Of a stretch of 64,000 nucleotides of DNA, positions 46,358 through 55,444 are shown piece after piece. A model generated the notes under the pieces. It was not told the DNA's origin, did no database searches, and saw only the letters and a list, made by a program, of their open reading frames with translations. A program made the translations under genes and the position numbers. Each line of letters begins with the position of its first letter. The first letter of the stretch is position 1. This DNA comes from a virus: positions 10,764-74,763 of IMG/VR virus record IMGVR_UViG_3300047496_000204; one strand, written 5' to 3'.

Positions 46358-46636
46358 GGTAGTGACAAGAAGAAAAGAGCTAAGCCCAGAAGTAGTTGCA
46401 GCGAAATTGGGCTAACATCTTAATATTCTGGCTCACATGACTCTGCAAAGTCCCTGGATCGTGTCCAGGCTACCGAACATTAGAATTACTTGCCCGTCCT
46501 ACTGTTTCCGATGGTAGGGCGGGCGAGAGAAGGAATTTAGCAGAATTGCTAAATGCGTTCCCGCTCTGTGAAAACATCGGGCTTGGCGGCGATCTGATAA
46601 CCATCAGAAACTATTCTGTGGCAGATCGTTGTCAAC
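46358..46636 (+). ncRNA. Unassigned multi-hairpin RNA preceding tRNA-Ala
   Basis: TTGACA-N17-TAATAT promoter at 46321-46349; at least five stems; no ORF with a credible start. Confidence 0.5.
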
Positions 46637-46638
46637 TT

Positions 46639-46775
46639 GTGGCCTTAGCTCATCTGGAAGAGCGTCTGCCTTGGGAGAAAGCGGCTTATGGTCGTAGTTC
46701 AGTAATGACGGTGCAAATCCGGAATCTCCGTGAAGCACGCAGAAGGTGGTCGGTTCGAGCCCGACAGGCTACACC
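46639..46775 (+). tRNA. tRNA-Ala(TGC) with a 62-nt anticodon insertion (46674-46735)
   Basis: G3-U70 pair, TCTGC-CTTG[insert]CAC-GCAGA. Confidence 0.85.
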
Positions 46776-47410
46776 TTTTTCTTTTCTTGAATACGTTTCA
46801 GGCGTAAAGTTCTTCCGTTGCCTTTGTTTAGACTACCATAATTTGGAGTAAGACTATGGCAACTAGGACAAATTAATTCAAGATTTTCTGATTTATTATT
46901 ACTCCAATTTCCATCGATATGATTTACTTGAAGGGGAATTTTTCCTGTTGTTGGGTGTATTTCAGCCCAACCGCATTTTTTACATTTTGTATTATATTTT
47001 TCAAATAACCATTTTCGAATGTAAGTGGACACTTGACCTTCGCCTGTTATCCCATCTTCTATACCAGAAAGCCATTTATCAATAAAATTTTTATATTGAT
47101 AATTAGATTGACATTGCGGCCCACAATATTTTACAATTGTTTTTCTTTTTGGTATTTCTTTTTCGCATGAAGCACAGAAATTAACAGTTCTTCTCTTTTG
47201 ATTGTTGTATTCTGCTGAACAACTATGATTACAAAAATTATTCCTACGGTTTTCATATTCTATCAAACTATTGCAATTTCTACATAATTTTGGAGAATTG
47301 AGATATTTTGATTTAAGTTCTTGAGAATTTCTTTTTGCTGTCTGAATACAGATTTCAAAAAATTTATTATTTTCTGGTTTATTTTGTGGTCTTTTTGATA
47401 ATTTGCTCAT
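46769..47410 (-). CDS. HNH homing endonuclease
   Basis: LQVNHIDGNWSNNKSENLELICPSCHSLT; CATAAATA box at 47416-47423. Confidence 0.9.
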   Translation of the reverse strand: MSKLSKRPQNKPENNKFFEICIQTAKRNSQELKSKYLNSPKLCRNCNSLIEYENRRNNFCNHSCSAEYNNQKRRTVNFCASCEKEIPKRKTIVKYCGPQCQSNYQYKNFIDKWLSGIEDGITGEGQVSTYIRKWLFEKYNTKCKKCGWAEIHPTTGKIPLQVNHIDGNWSNNKSENLELICPSCHSLTPNYGSLNKGNGRTLRLKRIQEKKKV

Positions 47411-47493
47411 GTTTCTATTTATGTTAGTGGAGAGAAGTATTTTCGCCTATTATTATTAAATAGTAAATATTATTCGTTAAACATTAGCCCCAT

Positions 47494-47580
47494 TGAAGAG
47501 TGGTGTAATTGGTAACATCCTCGCCTCTGAAGCGAGAGACCGAGAAGGATTTGTAGGTTCGAGCCCTACCTCTTCAGCCA
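47494..47580 (+). tRNA. tRNA-Gln(CTG) with a long variable region
   Basis: U1-A72, G73, CTCGC-CTCTGAA-GCGAG, CCA. Confidence 0.85.
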
Positions 47581-47637
47581 TCTATTTTTTATTGACATTT
47601 TTTGCTCCTATGGCTATAAAAATCATAGGAGAAACAA

Positions 47638-47899
47638 ATGGCAAACTTAATCGAAGTTCTTGAACTGTTTAAAGACAAAGATGACTCTATCAAGGTCATT
47701 GAAGACAATGACTGGATCGCTGAAAGCAAATATCAGTATCGTGAAATAATCGTTGAGCACGAAAGTCGTTTTTATAGTATTGGTGAAAGAAAGTAGAAGT
47801 GGCTCGTATTACACCGATTACGAATATGATGAGCCCACTATTAGTGAAGTGACACCCGTTGAAAAAACGATAGTGGTCAAGACTTGGGTTCCTGTATAA
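47638..47899 (+). pseudogene. Frameshifted phage hypothetical gene
   Basis: GAAA duplication near 47787; second frame reads SRSGSYYTDYEY...VVKTWVPV. Confidence 0.6.
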
Positions 47900-48023
47900 T
47901 TTTACCGGCGAGCGTTGGGATTATTTGTTTTGTGGATGAAAAAGACAAAAGTTGCGAAGTCGGCTGCGTAATATCCATTAAAAAAGAAAAACGCAGGATC
48001 GGGTTCGCTCCGATCTAAACAAT

Positions 48024-48099
48024 GCTATCATAGCTCAGTTGATAGAGCGTCCTCTCGACATGGGGAAGGTCACTGGTTTGATCCCAGTTGGTGGCACCA
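48024..48099 (+). tRNA. tRNA-Val(GAC), C33
   Basis: TCCTC-TCGACAT-GGGGA, CCA. Confidence 0.75.
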
Positions 48100-48191
48100 A
48101 AAAACAACTAAAAGATTCTAACGAAATAGTGGGTTGACAGCCTAAATATTTGTGATATCTTATGCTTATAAAGCATAAGGAGATAATAAAC

Positions 48192-48404
48192 ATGAAGCTG
48201 ATGATTCAAATCAAGGTCACTCCTGAAGATGCGCGAAAGTTCATCAATAACATGGTGAGTCAGGGATATGAAGATGTTCTCGAACCCGTTACGCCGTGGC
48301 GAGAAGATCATTCTTTTCGGCTTGATGGTGTAACGTCTGCTGACTATTCGATCGTCTTCTTCGAAGAAGACGATATCGCATTTATTGGAGTTCGTCCCCA
48401 ATGA
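48192..48404 (+). CDS. Hypothetical early protein
   Basis: TTGACA promoter, AAGGAG SD. Confidence 0.6.
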   Translation: MKLMIQIKVTPEDARKFINNMVSQGYEDVLEPVTPWREDHSFRLDGVTSADYSIVFFEEDDIAFIGVRPQ

Positions 48405-48645
48405 GTAAGCCAGACGCATATATAAGAGCAGTTATAGTTTCAGGTAACGGTATATATTAAGATGTCGGTAATACTTCAATAAATCTTTCTAATTTCTAGT
48501 TTACTGATTTCTTTCAAGTTTACGCCAATATTACCTGATATTTGACAATCTTCTAAATTGTTAATTATTATTTTCATGATTGGCTCCAGTGTTATCTCAT
48601 ATTTATTTGACTTGCAAATTTGGTTGCAAACTGATAAATTAATTT

Positions 48646-49389
48646 ATGGAACTGATTTACGCAATCCCTGATATTCACGGTCGGCTCGATCTTTTGTGCA
48701 AAGCCTATGAAGTAATAGAGGAACATGCAGCGGGAAGACCTGCGCGTATTGTTTTTCTAGGTGATGCGATAGATCGTGGTCCTGATTCCAAAGGTTGCAT
48801 TGATCGTTTGATCAAAGGAACATCGGCTTCTAATTTTCTTCCTCAAATAAATCTTCTTGGGAATCATGAAGAATTTATGATGGATGTGCTTAATGGAAAA
48901 CGTAGCGTTACGCACCATTGGTTGGAAAATGGTGGGATTAAGACTATTGCTTCATATGGCGTTCATGTTCCGCCATTGGATACGATGGACGATTGGCAAG
49001 AAGGTTTCATTCAGTTAGTAGCTGCTACTAACGGATTGAATATTCCAGATGATCATATGAAATGGTTAAATTCTTTATTATATTATTACGAAACAGATAC
49101 GCATATTTTTGTTCATGCTGGTTTGTTTCCTGGATATTCTCTTCAAGAAATTTTAGAAAAAGAAAAAGGAAAACATCAGTTAATTTGGATTCGTAGACCA
49201 TTTTTAGACACTGATTATGATTTTGGAAAGCATGTTATCCATGGTCATTCAATTCGTGGAAAATCGGATCGACGGCCATCCGCGCCATTTAGAACAAATT
49301 TGGATAATGGCGCCTATTTTACTGGCTGCTTGCATGTCGGTGTGGTAGAGACGCATGGTCATCCTACGGTAATCGAGGTTACCATTTAA
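48646..49389 (+). CDS. Calcineurin-like metallophosphoesterase (Ser/Thr phosphatase family)
   Basis: DIHG, GDAIDRG, LLGNHE, FVHAG and IHGHS. Confidence 0.92.
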   Translation: MELIYAIPDIHGRLDLLCKAYEVIEEHAAGRPARIVFLGDAIDRGPDSKGCIDRLIKGTSASNFLPQINLLGNHEEFMMDVLNGKRSVTHHWLENGGIKTIASYGVHVPPLDTMDDWQEGFIQLVAATNGLNIPDDHMKWLNSLLYYYETDTHIFVHAGLFPGYSLQEILEKEKGKHQLIWIRRPFLDTDYDFGKHVIHGHSIRGKSDRRPSAPFRTNLDNGAYFTGCLHVGVVETHGHPTVIEVTI

Positions 49390-49399
49390 GGAAAGTTCA

Positions 49400-49726
49400 A
49401 TGGGTTATTATACGAGATATTCGTTAGTAATTTCTGGTCCAGCGAATAAAGCACCAGAAGAAATAATCTCTGAATTGCGAGAAATCAGCTATGGTGCTAA
49501 ATACGCTTTGGAAGATTCTGGTGATACCAGAGAATTTGCGAAGTGGTATGACAATGACGAAGATTTAAGAGATTTTAGTAAACGTTATCCAGACATTCTT
49601 TTTGAATTGCATGTTGAAGGAGAAGAATCTGAAGATATTTGGAAATTGTATGTTCAAAACGGTAAATCTCAACGTTGTGAAGCTATCATCAGTTTCGAAC
49701 CTTTCGATAAGGATAAGTTAAAATAA
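49400..49726 (+). CDS. Hypothetical phage protein
   Basis: AAGGA SD. Confidence 0.7.
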   Translation: MGYYTRYSLVISGPANKAPEEIISELREISYGAKYALEDSGDTREFAKWYDNDEDLRDFSKRYPDILFELHVEGEESEDIWKLYVQNGKSQRCEAIISFEPFDKDKLK

Positions 49727-49944
49727 TGGACCCGACTATTAGAAATAGAAAATTCGAAGCTATTCGCGTTGAAGAAAACGCCGGTAATATTGCGGATAGT
49801 ATGGAAGTTCGTATGACTTTAATAGCCAAGATGGATGCCGGTGAAATGACACTGGAACAAGTTCAAGCAGAACTTAAAAGAATAAAAAGAAATGCTAAAA
49901 AGAATGGAAAGATAACTCGAAATCAAGCATTTCGTGAAGGATAG
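49726..49944 (+). CDS. Hypothetical protein
   Basis: Translationally coupled to the previous ORF. Confidence 0.65.
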   Translation: MDPTIRNRKFEAIRVEENAGNIADSMEVRMTLIAKMDAGEMTLEQVQAELKRIKRNAKKNGKITRNQAFREG

Positions 49945-49946
49945 TT

Positions 49947-50183
49947 ATGTTTAAAACAGCATATTTTTTATCAGGGTTTTGTATAGGGCTTAGCATATTA
50001 ATGCTAATTACTTTACCGATAATGGCGGTAGATTATTTCGCTAATGGTTGTGTTGTAGATTATGATCATGTTTATTCTAGAAAGCTTAAGTCTGGGGATG
50101 TGGTTTATTTTCATGGGGCTAAGTGTAAGCAAATATTAATTCATACCACGAAAGGAAAAGCTCTTGAAGGATATTCTCCGTGA
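49947..50183 (+). CDS. Small membrane-anchored protein
   Basis: N-terminal hydrophobic segment. Confidence 0.5.
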   Translation: MFKTAYFLSGFCIGLSILMLITLPIMAVDYFANGCVVDYDHVYSRKLKSGDVVYFHGAKCKQILIHTTKGKALEGYSP

Positions 50184-50428
50184 CGGAATCAACAAATGTC
50201 ATCCCTAAAAGGAAGTTTGAAATGAATCTAAAAACTATTTTTGAAATCTTTGGAATAAATGGTTCTGCCGCAGTAAGGGTAGGCGAAGAAACTGGCGGTT
50301 CTACTCTTCCTATTTTCATAGTTGTATCAAGTCCAAATGGTTGTGCAGTAATGTCTCCTGATGAAGCTCGATACTTGGCGGATCGCCTAGTTTATCTGGC
50401 AAATAAAATAGATAAACGCAATGAATAA
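50180..50428 (+). CDS. Hypothetical protein
   Basis: Coupled ORF. Confidence 0.5.
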   Translation: MTESTNVIPKRKFEMNLKTIFEIFGINGSAAVRVGEETGGSTLPIFIVVSSPNGCAVMSPDEARYLADRLVYLANKIDKRNE

Positions 50429-50714
50429 AGTTAAAATGACGGTCAGTATGGAAGTCACTATTCCTCAAGCATTAGCTTTACAGGCTATGTTTGAATATTG
50501 GAATTCGTTAGCAGCTATGGGAAGTAGCCGTAAGGTTGGTTTTTATATTGATGGCGATGGAGATTTTCATCCAGAATGTAAAATAAAGTTTTCGAAAAAA
50601 ATTCCTCCACTATCTGACGAAATCAAAAAAATTACGATTGCCAGCGGCGAACGAAGTGGCGATCTAATGTTTGATTATGATGGAATTGAAACATATATTA
50701 AGGATAAGAAATGA
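50421..50714 (+). CDS. Hypothetical protein
   Basis: Coupled ORF. Confidence 0.65.
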   Translation: MNKVKMTVSMEVTIPQALALQAMFEYWNSLAAMGSSRKVGFYIDGDGDFHPECKIKFSKKIPPLSDEIKKITIASGERSGDLMFDYDGIETYIKDKK

Positions 50715-50846
50715 CCGAAAGATTGGGAAGGCAAAGACCTAACAGAAGAAGATAGAATTAGATTTATAGATCATTATAAAATCGATTGACATAAAATAAA
50801 AAAATGATACTATTAGCTTCATAATCCAATAGGATAGGAGCTACAT

Positions 50847-51161
50847 ATGACAAAGTTCATCAAGGAAAATTTTGATTTTCAAGGTGGCTATCTCACTTAT
50901 GGTTCAGACCGCCGTTTCGTGGCTCGGTTCAAGTGGCTTCGAAAGCAGGCCAGTGATGCGGGAACCTTTCGCACCTTCCTGATCAAGAATTTCACGGTCG
51001 AAGAATACTTCACCGCCTATGATGAAGGCCGGGGCATGACTCCGCTCAAGATTCTGGAAGCCAAAGGCTATATCCTTCCTCATATTCGTAAGCGGTTGAA
51101 GGAAAAAGGGTATCCGATTACTCAAGAAGGTTATAAGCAACTTATTAGTGAACTACAATGA
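50847..51161 (+). CDS. Hypothetical early protein
   Basis: TTGACA promoter, AGGAG SD. Confidence 0.7.
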   Translation: MTKFIKENFDFQGGYLTYGSDRRFVARFKWLRKQASDAGTFRTFLIKNFTVEEYFTAYDEGRGMTPLKILEAKGYILPHIRKRLKEKGYPITQEGYKQLISELQ

Positions 51162-52144
51162 AAAATTTACAAACACTTAGTAATGAAGTTCGGGAATGGT
51201 TCGCTGAACGCGAAATCACTCACGCTGTAGTTGGGTTTTCCGGTGGTATTGATTCCACCGTGACCGCTCTTCTTCTCAATCATGCTGGAATTGAAGTTTG
51301 TCTTGTTGTGGCCAATTCACCGAATCAACGATATTCATCGCCGCTTGGTGGAAAATATCTTCAGAAACCTTCGCGTAATGGTTTTATAGAAGAATTTGAT
51401 ACCCAAATCATCAATTATCAGTGGCCTTTTTCGCTACTCACTGATGATGATGCCGTTGTCGCTAACGAAGCGGCTGGTCCGATCATCCGCAATGCTATTT
51501 TTTATGGTGTTGCAGCCAAGTTGAGATCGCGCGGACACAAGGCTATTGTAGTCGGAACTGTTAATTTTTCCGAAGCAGCATTTCTGGGGTTCTGGGGTTT
51601 AGTTTCAGATGGAGCGTGCAATTTCTACCCGATTAGTCATTTGACCAAGCGAGAAGTCTATGATCTGGCTCGCGAGTTGGACGCTCCGCAAGAGATCATC
51701 GATGCTACACCGTCTGGTGATCTTTTCTTTGAAGATACAAATGATTTGAAGATGATCGGCGCGACTTATGACCAGATTCAAGAAATCATTGATTGCGCTG
51801 AATCGATTCCAAATTGGGATTGTAATGGAACATATTCTCGTGGAGACTTGGTAATATATGAAAATAAAATTTATGAATATACTTGGCGGACACAACTGAC
51901 TTTTGGAAATGACAATCTTGCTATGAATCCAAGTTGTTCAGGATTTTGGAAAACCATTGAAATTTCTTCGAGACTTAAGCATCTCATAGAGAGTGTAGAA
52001 AATCCAGAAGTTCTCAAAGACAATATTGTTCGCAACGCCTTCAAGTATTCCTTGAGTTTCCCAAATTTTCACCTAAATGATCGTCTGGAACGTTTTAGAA
52101 ACTTTTCGTATAATTTTATATTAAGTGCTGCATCGGGGATTTAA
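51158..52144 (+). CDS. nadE: NH3-dependent NAD+ synthetase-like protein with a CBM5/12-like insertion
   Basis: GFSGGIDST, VGTVNFSE, SDGA, PISHLTKREV and PSGDL. Confidence 0.85.
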   Translation: MKNLQTLSNEVREWFAEREITHAVVGFSGGIDSTVTALLLNHAGIEVCLVVANSPNQRYSSPLGGKYLQKPSRNGFIEEFDTQIINYQWPFSLLTDDDAVVANEAAGPIIRNAIFYGVAAKLRSRGHKAIVVGTVNFSEAAFLGFWGLVSDGACNFYPISHLTKREVYDLARELDAPQEIIDATPSGDLFFEDTNDLKMIGATYDQIQEIIDCAESIPNWDCNGTYSRGDLVIYENKIYEYTWRTQLTFGNDNLAMNPSCSGFWKTIEISSRLKHLIESVENPEVLKDNIVRNAFKYSLSFPNFHLNDRLERFRNFSYNFILSAASGI

Positions 52145-52145
52145 T

Positions 52146-52430
52146 ATGTATTTCATTTTTGATAACCACGCCGTGGACGCTCTGTGTAGAGAATATGGTG
52201 GCGATCCTCGCGAAATGGCGCCTATTCTCAACAGTGCTGTTTCCAAAGAATTGCGTGATTTGGCTATGGCGGCTATTGAATACGAGGCGGCTCATTCTGA
52301 ATATACAGTGGTTTTCGAAGATATACAAACATCTGCCATTGAATTTACAGATGCTATTAACCGGCGCGATAAATCTATTACAAATTTGACTTCGGCGGTC
52401 ATGGCTTATGCGCTAAAGCAAAAGAGCTAA
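52146..52430 (+). CDS. Hypothetical protein
   Basis: ORF only. Confidence 0.55.
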   Translation: MYFIFDNHAVDALCREYGGDPREMAPILNSAVSKELRDLAMAAIEYEAAHSEYTVVFEDIQTSAIEFTDAINRRDKSITNLTSAVMAYALKQKS

Positions 52431-52432
52431 TC

Positions 52433-52822
52433 ATGTATTACGCTAATCCAAAAATATACGAAAGCGCGCCGATAGTTTTTTACGAAATCTGTCGAAGGCA
52501 CACATCGAATGATCCACGAGATTGTGGATCAATACAAGATTTTATTGTGGGAACGGCTGATTCTGAAGAAGAAGCAAAACAGGTCGTCGCGTTTCTACAA
52601 GCAAGGTCTGATATCGTAGTTCAAAAATCTTCTGGATATATAAATGTTTGGAATAAAATTGATGAAAATACGCGTCAAACTACCGGCGAACGGATCGATG
52701 AACTTGGATATATTGATGCTCTAAATGAATTCCGAAAGATTGATCCTTCATATATAAGCGGAGACAATCCAACTTATTATTATCGAGGAATTCATCGTTT
52801 GCCAGGGGTAAAAATATCATGA
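52433..52822 (+). CDS. Hypothetical protein
   Basis: ORF only. Confidence 0.6.
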   Translation: MYYANPKIYESAPIVFYEICRRHTSNDPRDCGSIQDFIVGTADSEEEAKQVVAFLQARSDIVVQKSSGYINVWNKIDENTRQTTGERIDELGYIDALNEFRKIDPSYISGDNPTYYYRGIHRLPGVKIS

Positions 52823-53100
52823 TTGAACTTGGAACATTTTGGACTTGCGCCATTTTGGGATTCTTTTCTGCCATTTTTATTTTCGCATATTTTTTAGATC
52901 AGTATAAGTTGCATAAAACTGCTGCAATATTTCTTGTAATATTTGTTGTGGTGGGTTGCTATACAAAGGCTTATATGATAGAAGAAGAAAAACAAGTTCC
53001 TAAGGAAACAGCTACGGAAATCAAACCAGTCCCTCAAGATGACAGTAAATCATCTACTAACGCACAAATAACGGTTACAGTTGAAGAAGGATCACAATAA
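52819..53100 (+). CDS. Small two-helix membrane protein
   Basis: Two hydrophobic segments. Confidence 0.6.
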   Translation: MIELGTFWTCAILGFFSAIFIFAYFLDQYKLHKTAAIFLVIFVVVGCYTKAYMIEEEKQVPKETATEIKPVPQDDSKSSTNAQITVTVEEGSQ

Positions 53101-54080
53101 TGAATAAGACGTTCATTTATCACGGCGAAGGCCAGCAACCGGAATGGAACCCGAGTGTTGAATGTATTCGACTTGGCGAAACGTCTTATCAAAAGTTATC
53201 CTATCCTCTGTCTCTATTGCGAGCAAACGCCGGTAAATTGGGCCAATCGACTACTGGACATTCTGTTATCCTTCAGAACGCTATTACAGCCGAATCGGCA
53301 CAAAATATCATCGATCAGTTCGAAGCTCGTCCGAAGTATGCCGTGAGTGTTTCTGGCTATCCGGACGATGAAAAAGTTGGATCGCAGCGCGCAAATGCTT
53401 GGGCTACCGATTTAGCTGAAGTTCTCAATCCTTTGTTTTCTCACGCTGCTGATCTTCCAAATTTTTCTGGTGATGGTCGAAGCCTTCATTACGGCTGGGA
53501 TACAGGAGATCGGAATACGCCACCAATCGACGCCCCTTTTTCAACAGAAAATACCGACTACTCGCTTATCGGAACTACGCCCTGGATGCGTTTTATGAAG
53601 TATTCTTCTAATGAAAGTAAAACTCCACGACATGTTCCTCATTTTGACGCTCCTTATTTTTGTAAAGAAGAGCAATATATTACATTATATTCGTGGGTGC
53701 TCTATCTAAACGATTTGAAAGAAGGGGACGGCGGGCGTCTTCAATTTATCGATGATGGTTACACAAATATTCATGAGCAAGATCGTCCTACAGAAGCATT
53801 TTCTGATTGGCGTGAAATGGCTGATCCCGGCAACGTAATTTACTCTTTGGCTCCCAAGCGTGGCACTCTTATTATTTTTCCGCATTGGGTTTGCCACCAA
53901 GTGGAAAATTTTGTTGGTGACGTTCGTTACATGATTCGCGGCGACGTGGCTTACAGTATCAATCCGCGCAAGGTGAATCATCTTCAGCGACTTATTGATA
54001 CTGCTAGAGAAACCGGACGTGATGTAACTGACCTTTCTGACGAAGACTTCTTTAAGTCCCTAACGGCTCCCCCAGCTTGA
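53100..54080 (+). CDS. 2OG-Fe(II) dioxygenase
   Basis: HVPHFD, VLYLND, GGRLQF, HWVCHQV and RYMIRGDV. Confidence 0.88.
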   Translation: MNKTFIYHGEGQQPEWNPSVECIRLGETSYQKLSYPLSLLRANAGKLGQSTTGHSVILQNAITAESAQNIIDQFEARPKYAVSVSGYPDDEKVGSQRANAWATDLAEVLNPLFSHAADLPNFSGDGRSLHYGWDTGDRNTPPIDAPFSTENTDYSLIGTTPWMRFMKYSSNESKTPRHVPHFDAPYFCKEEQYITLYSWVLYLNDLKEGDGGRLQFIDDGYTNIHEQDRPTEAFSDWREMADPGNVIYSLAPKRGTLIIFPHWVCHQVENFVGDVRYMIRGDVAYSINPRKVNHLQRLIDTARETGRDVTDLSDEDFFKSLTAPPA

Positions 54081-54300
54081 AGGAACCAAATGATGGGACA
54101 AGTAATGGATTCGGTTACGAATATCAAGGACAGTGCCACACAGTTACGCGAGCTTGCGTTGATCGCTGGCAGCATATCTTTGGCTTGTAAACTTCTAAAT
54201 ATTACACTGATGACCGAAAGGCGGCGTACCCTGTTGAAACCCCATTGACACAACCGGGTAATAAGGTTACAGTAGAGATTACAAGACCAAGGAGGGTCAG

Positions 54301-54537
54301 TTGGCAGTACAGTTAGGCGCAGACGGCAGTGTTCGTCCTAAGCTGGTAGATGTTTTCAAGTATATGTTGGAGGCGCAGGAACGGGGCAACATCAACATGT
54401 TGGGAGCAGGGCCATACCTGCAACTGCGGTTCGACATGACCGCCAACGATGCACGGCATGTTGTCGCCCTGTGGCTGGACCACGGAGACCGCAATAAAAC
54501 CCCGGAACAGATGGTGGAGGGCTTGGATTATGTCTGA
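54301..54537 (+). CDS. Hypothetical protein in a GC-rich patch
   Basis: TTGACA promoter, GGAGG SD, TTG start. Confidence 0.55.
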   Translation: MAVQLGADGSVRPKLVDVFKYMLEAQERGNINMLGAGPYLQLRFDMTANDARHVVALWLDHGDRNKTPEQMVEGLDYV

Positions 54538-54563
54538 AAAGTCCCACGTTTCAATGGAGCAGA

Positions 54564-54785
54564 ATGTCTGCCTCGTCTGCTGTGCCACGTTTGACACCGG
54601 GAAGCAGTCTTGAAGAATCTGCAAAGAAAATTTCGCAACTTCCCCCTCTCCAATGTTGTTTGATTTTGACTCAACATGGTTTTGGTAGCTACTATGATGT
54701 TCAACCTAGTGATTGGGGGCAATACTACGAAACGGATGAACTTCGCGATTTTGCTATTGCACATGTTTTTCCAAACGCCGAGTAA
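54564..54785 (+). CDS. Hypothetical protein
   Basis: ORF only. Confidence 0.45.
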   Translation: MSASSAVPRLTPGSSLEESAKKISQLPPLQCCLILTQHGFGSYYDVQPSDWGQYYETDELRDFAIAHVFPNAE

Positions 54786-54790
54786 AAATA

Positions 54791-55444
54791 ATGGATGCAT
54801 GGTATCAAACGATGGCAGAAAGATACGGCGAAGAGTTTTGCCGTATCGCTGGCTATTTTGATGAAACCAAGCCGTTCACTGTGCCATATGGATCAGTGTT
54901 TAATCTTCCAGAAAACAAATTGGTAATTCAGTTTTCAGGTGCATTTTTTCCATTTCATGAAGGGCATCTCGAAACTGTTAAAAACACCGTTCTATATATT
55001 TTAGATCATCATTATGCAGATATAGTCATCATTATCCATGCTGATCATTCAGAATATAGGCATTCAAAAGGAACTTATTCAGAGGAAAATTTCCTGAATT
55101 CGTTCAGTATGCTTAACGATTTTTGCAAAATTGTTTCCGATAGTAAATCACATGTTGAATGGCAATTAATTTCTGAAGATTCTATGCCTGACGGCTGTTC
55201 CAGAAATTTTACGCGACTTTATTCAGAACTCATGGAAAAGAATTTAGATGTTATTTTCCTGAGTGGTGGCGATAGAGCGAATTTTGCCTTGACCTTCCTT
55301 GATAAGGGACAATGTATCATTAGCGGCAGAGACAAAGCAGAAAACTTCAAAAAATATAACTATTTGCAATATAATACTGTTCGTATAACATTTCTTCCGG
55401 GAAATATTGAGGTATCCTCTACACTGATAAGGAGCCAAGCATGA
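54791..55444 (+). CDS. HxGH-type nucleotidyltransferase (NadD/NadM/cytidylyltransferase-like)
   Basis: FSGAFFPFHEGHL, FLSGGDRA and C-terminal VSSTLIR. Confidence 0.75.
   Translation: MDAWYQTMAERYGEEFCRIAGYFDETKPFTVPYGSVFNLPENKLVIQFSGAFFPFHEGHLETVKNTVLYILDHHYADIVIIIHADHSEYRHSKGTYSEENFLNSFSMLNDFCKIVSDSKSHVEWQLISEDSMPDGCSRNFTRLYSELMEKNLDVIFLSGGDRANFALTFLDKGQCIISGRDKAENFKKYNYLQYNTVRITFLPGNIEVSSTLIRSQA

Noticed and set aside
24526-46735. tRNA inserts as group I introns, archaeal BHB introns or cobalamin riboswitch fragments
   Set aside because: Too short for a group I core and lacking a consistent terminal G; no 3-4-3 bulge-helix-bulge by eye; GGTGCAAATCC is a generic T-loop and other riboswitch elements are absent.
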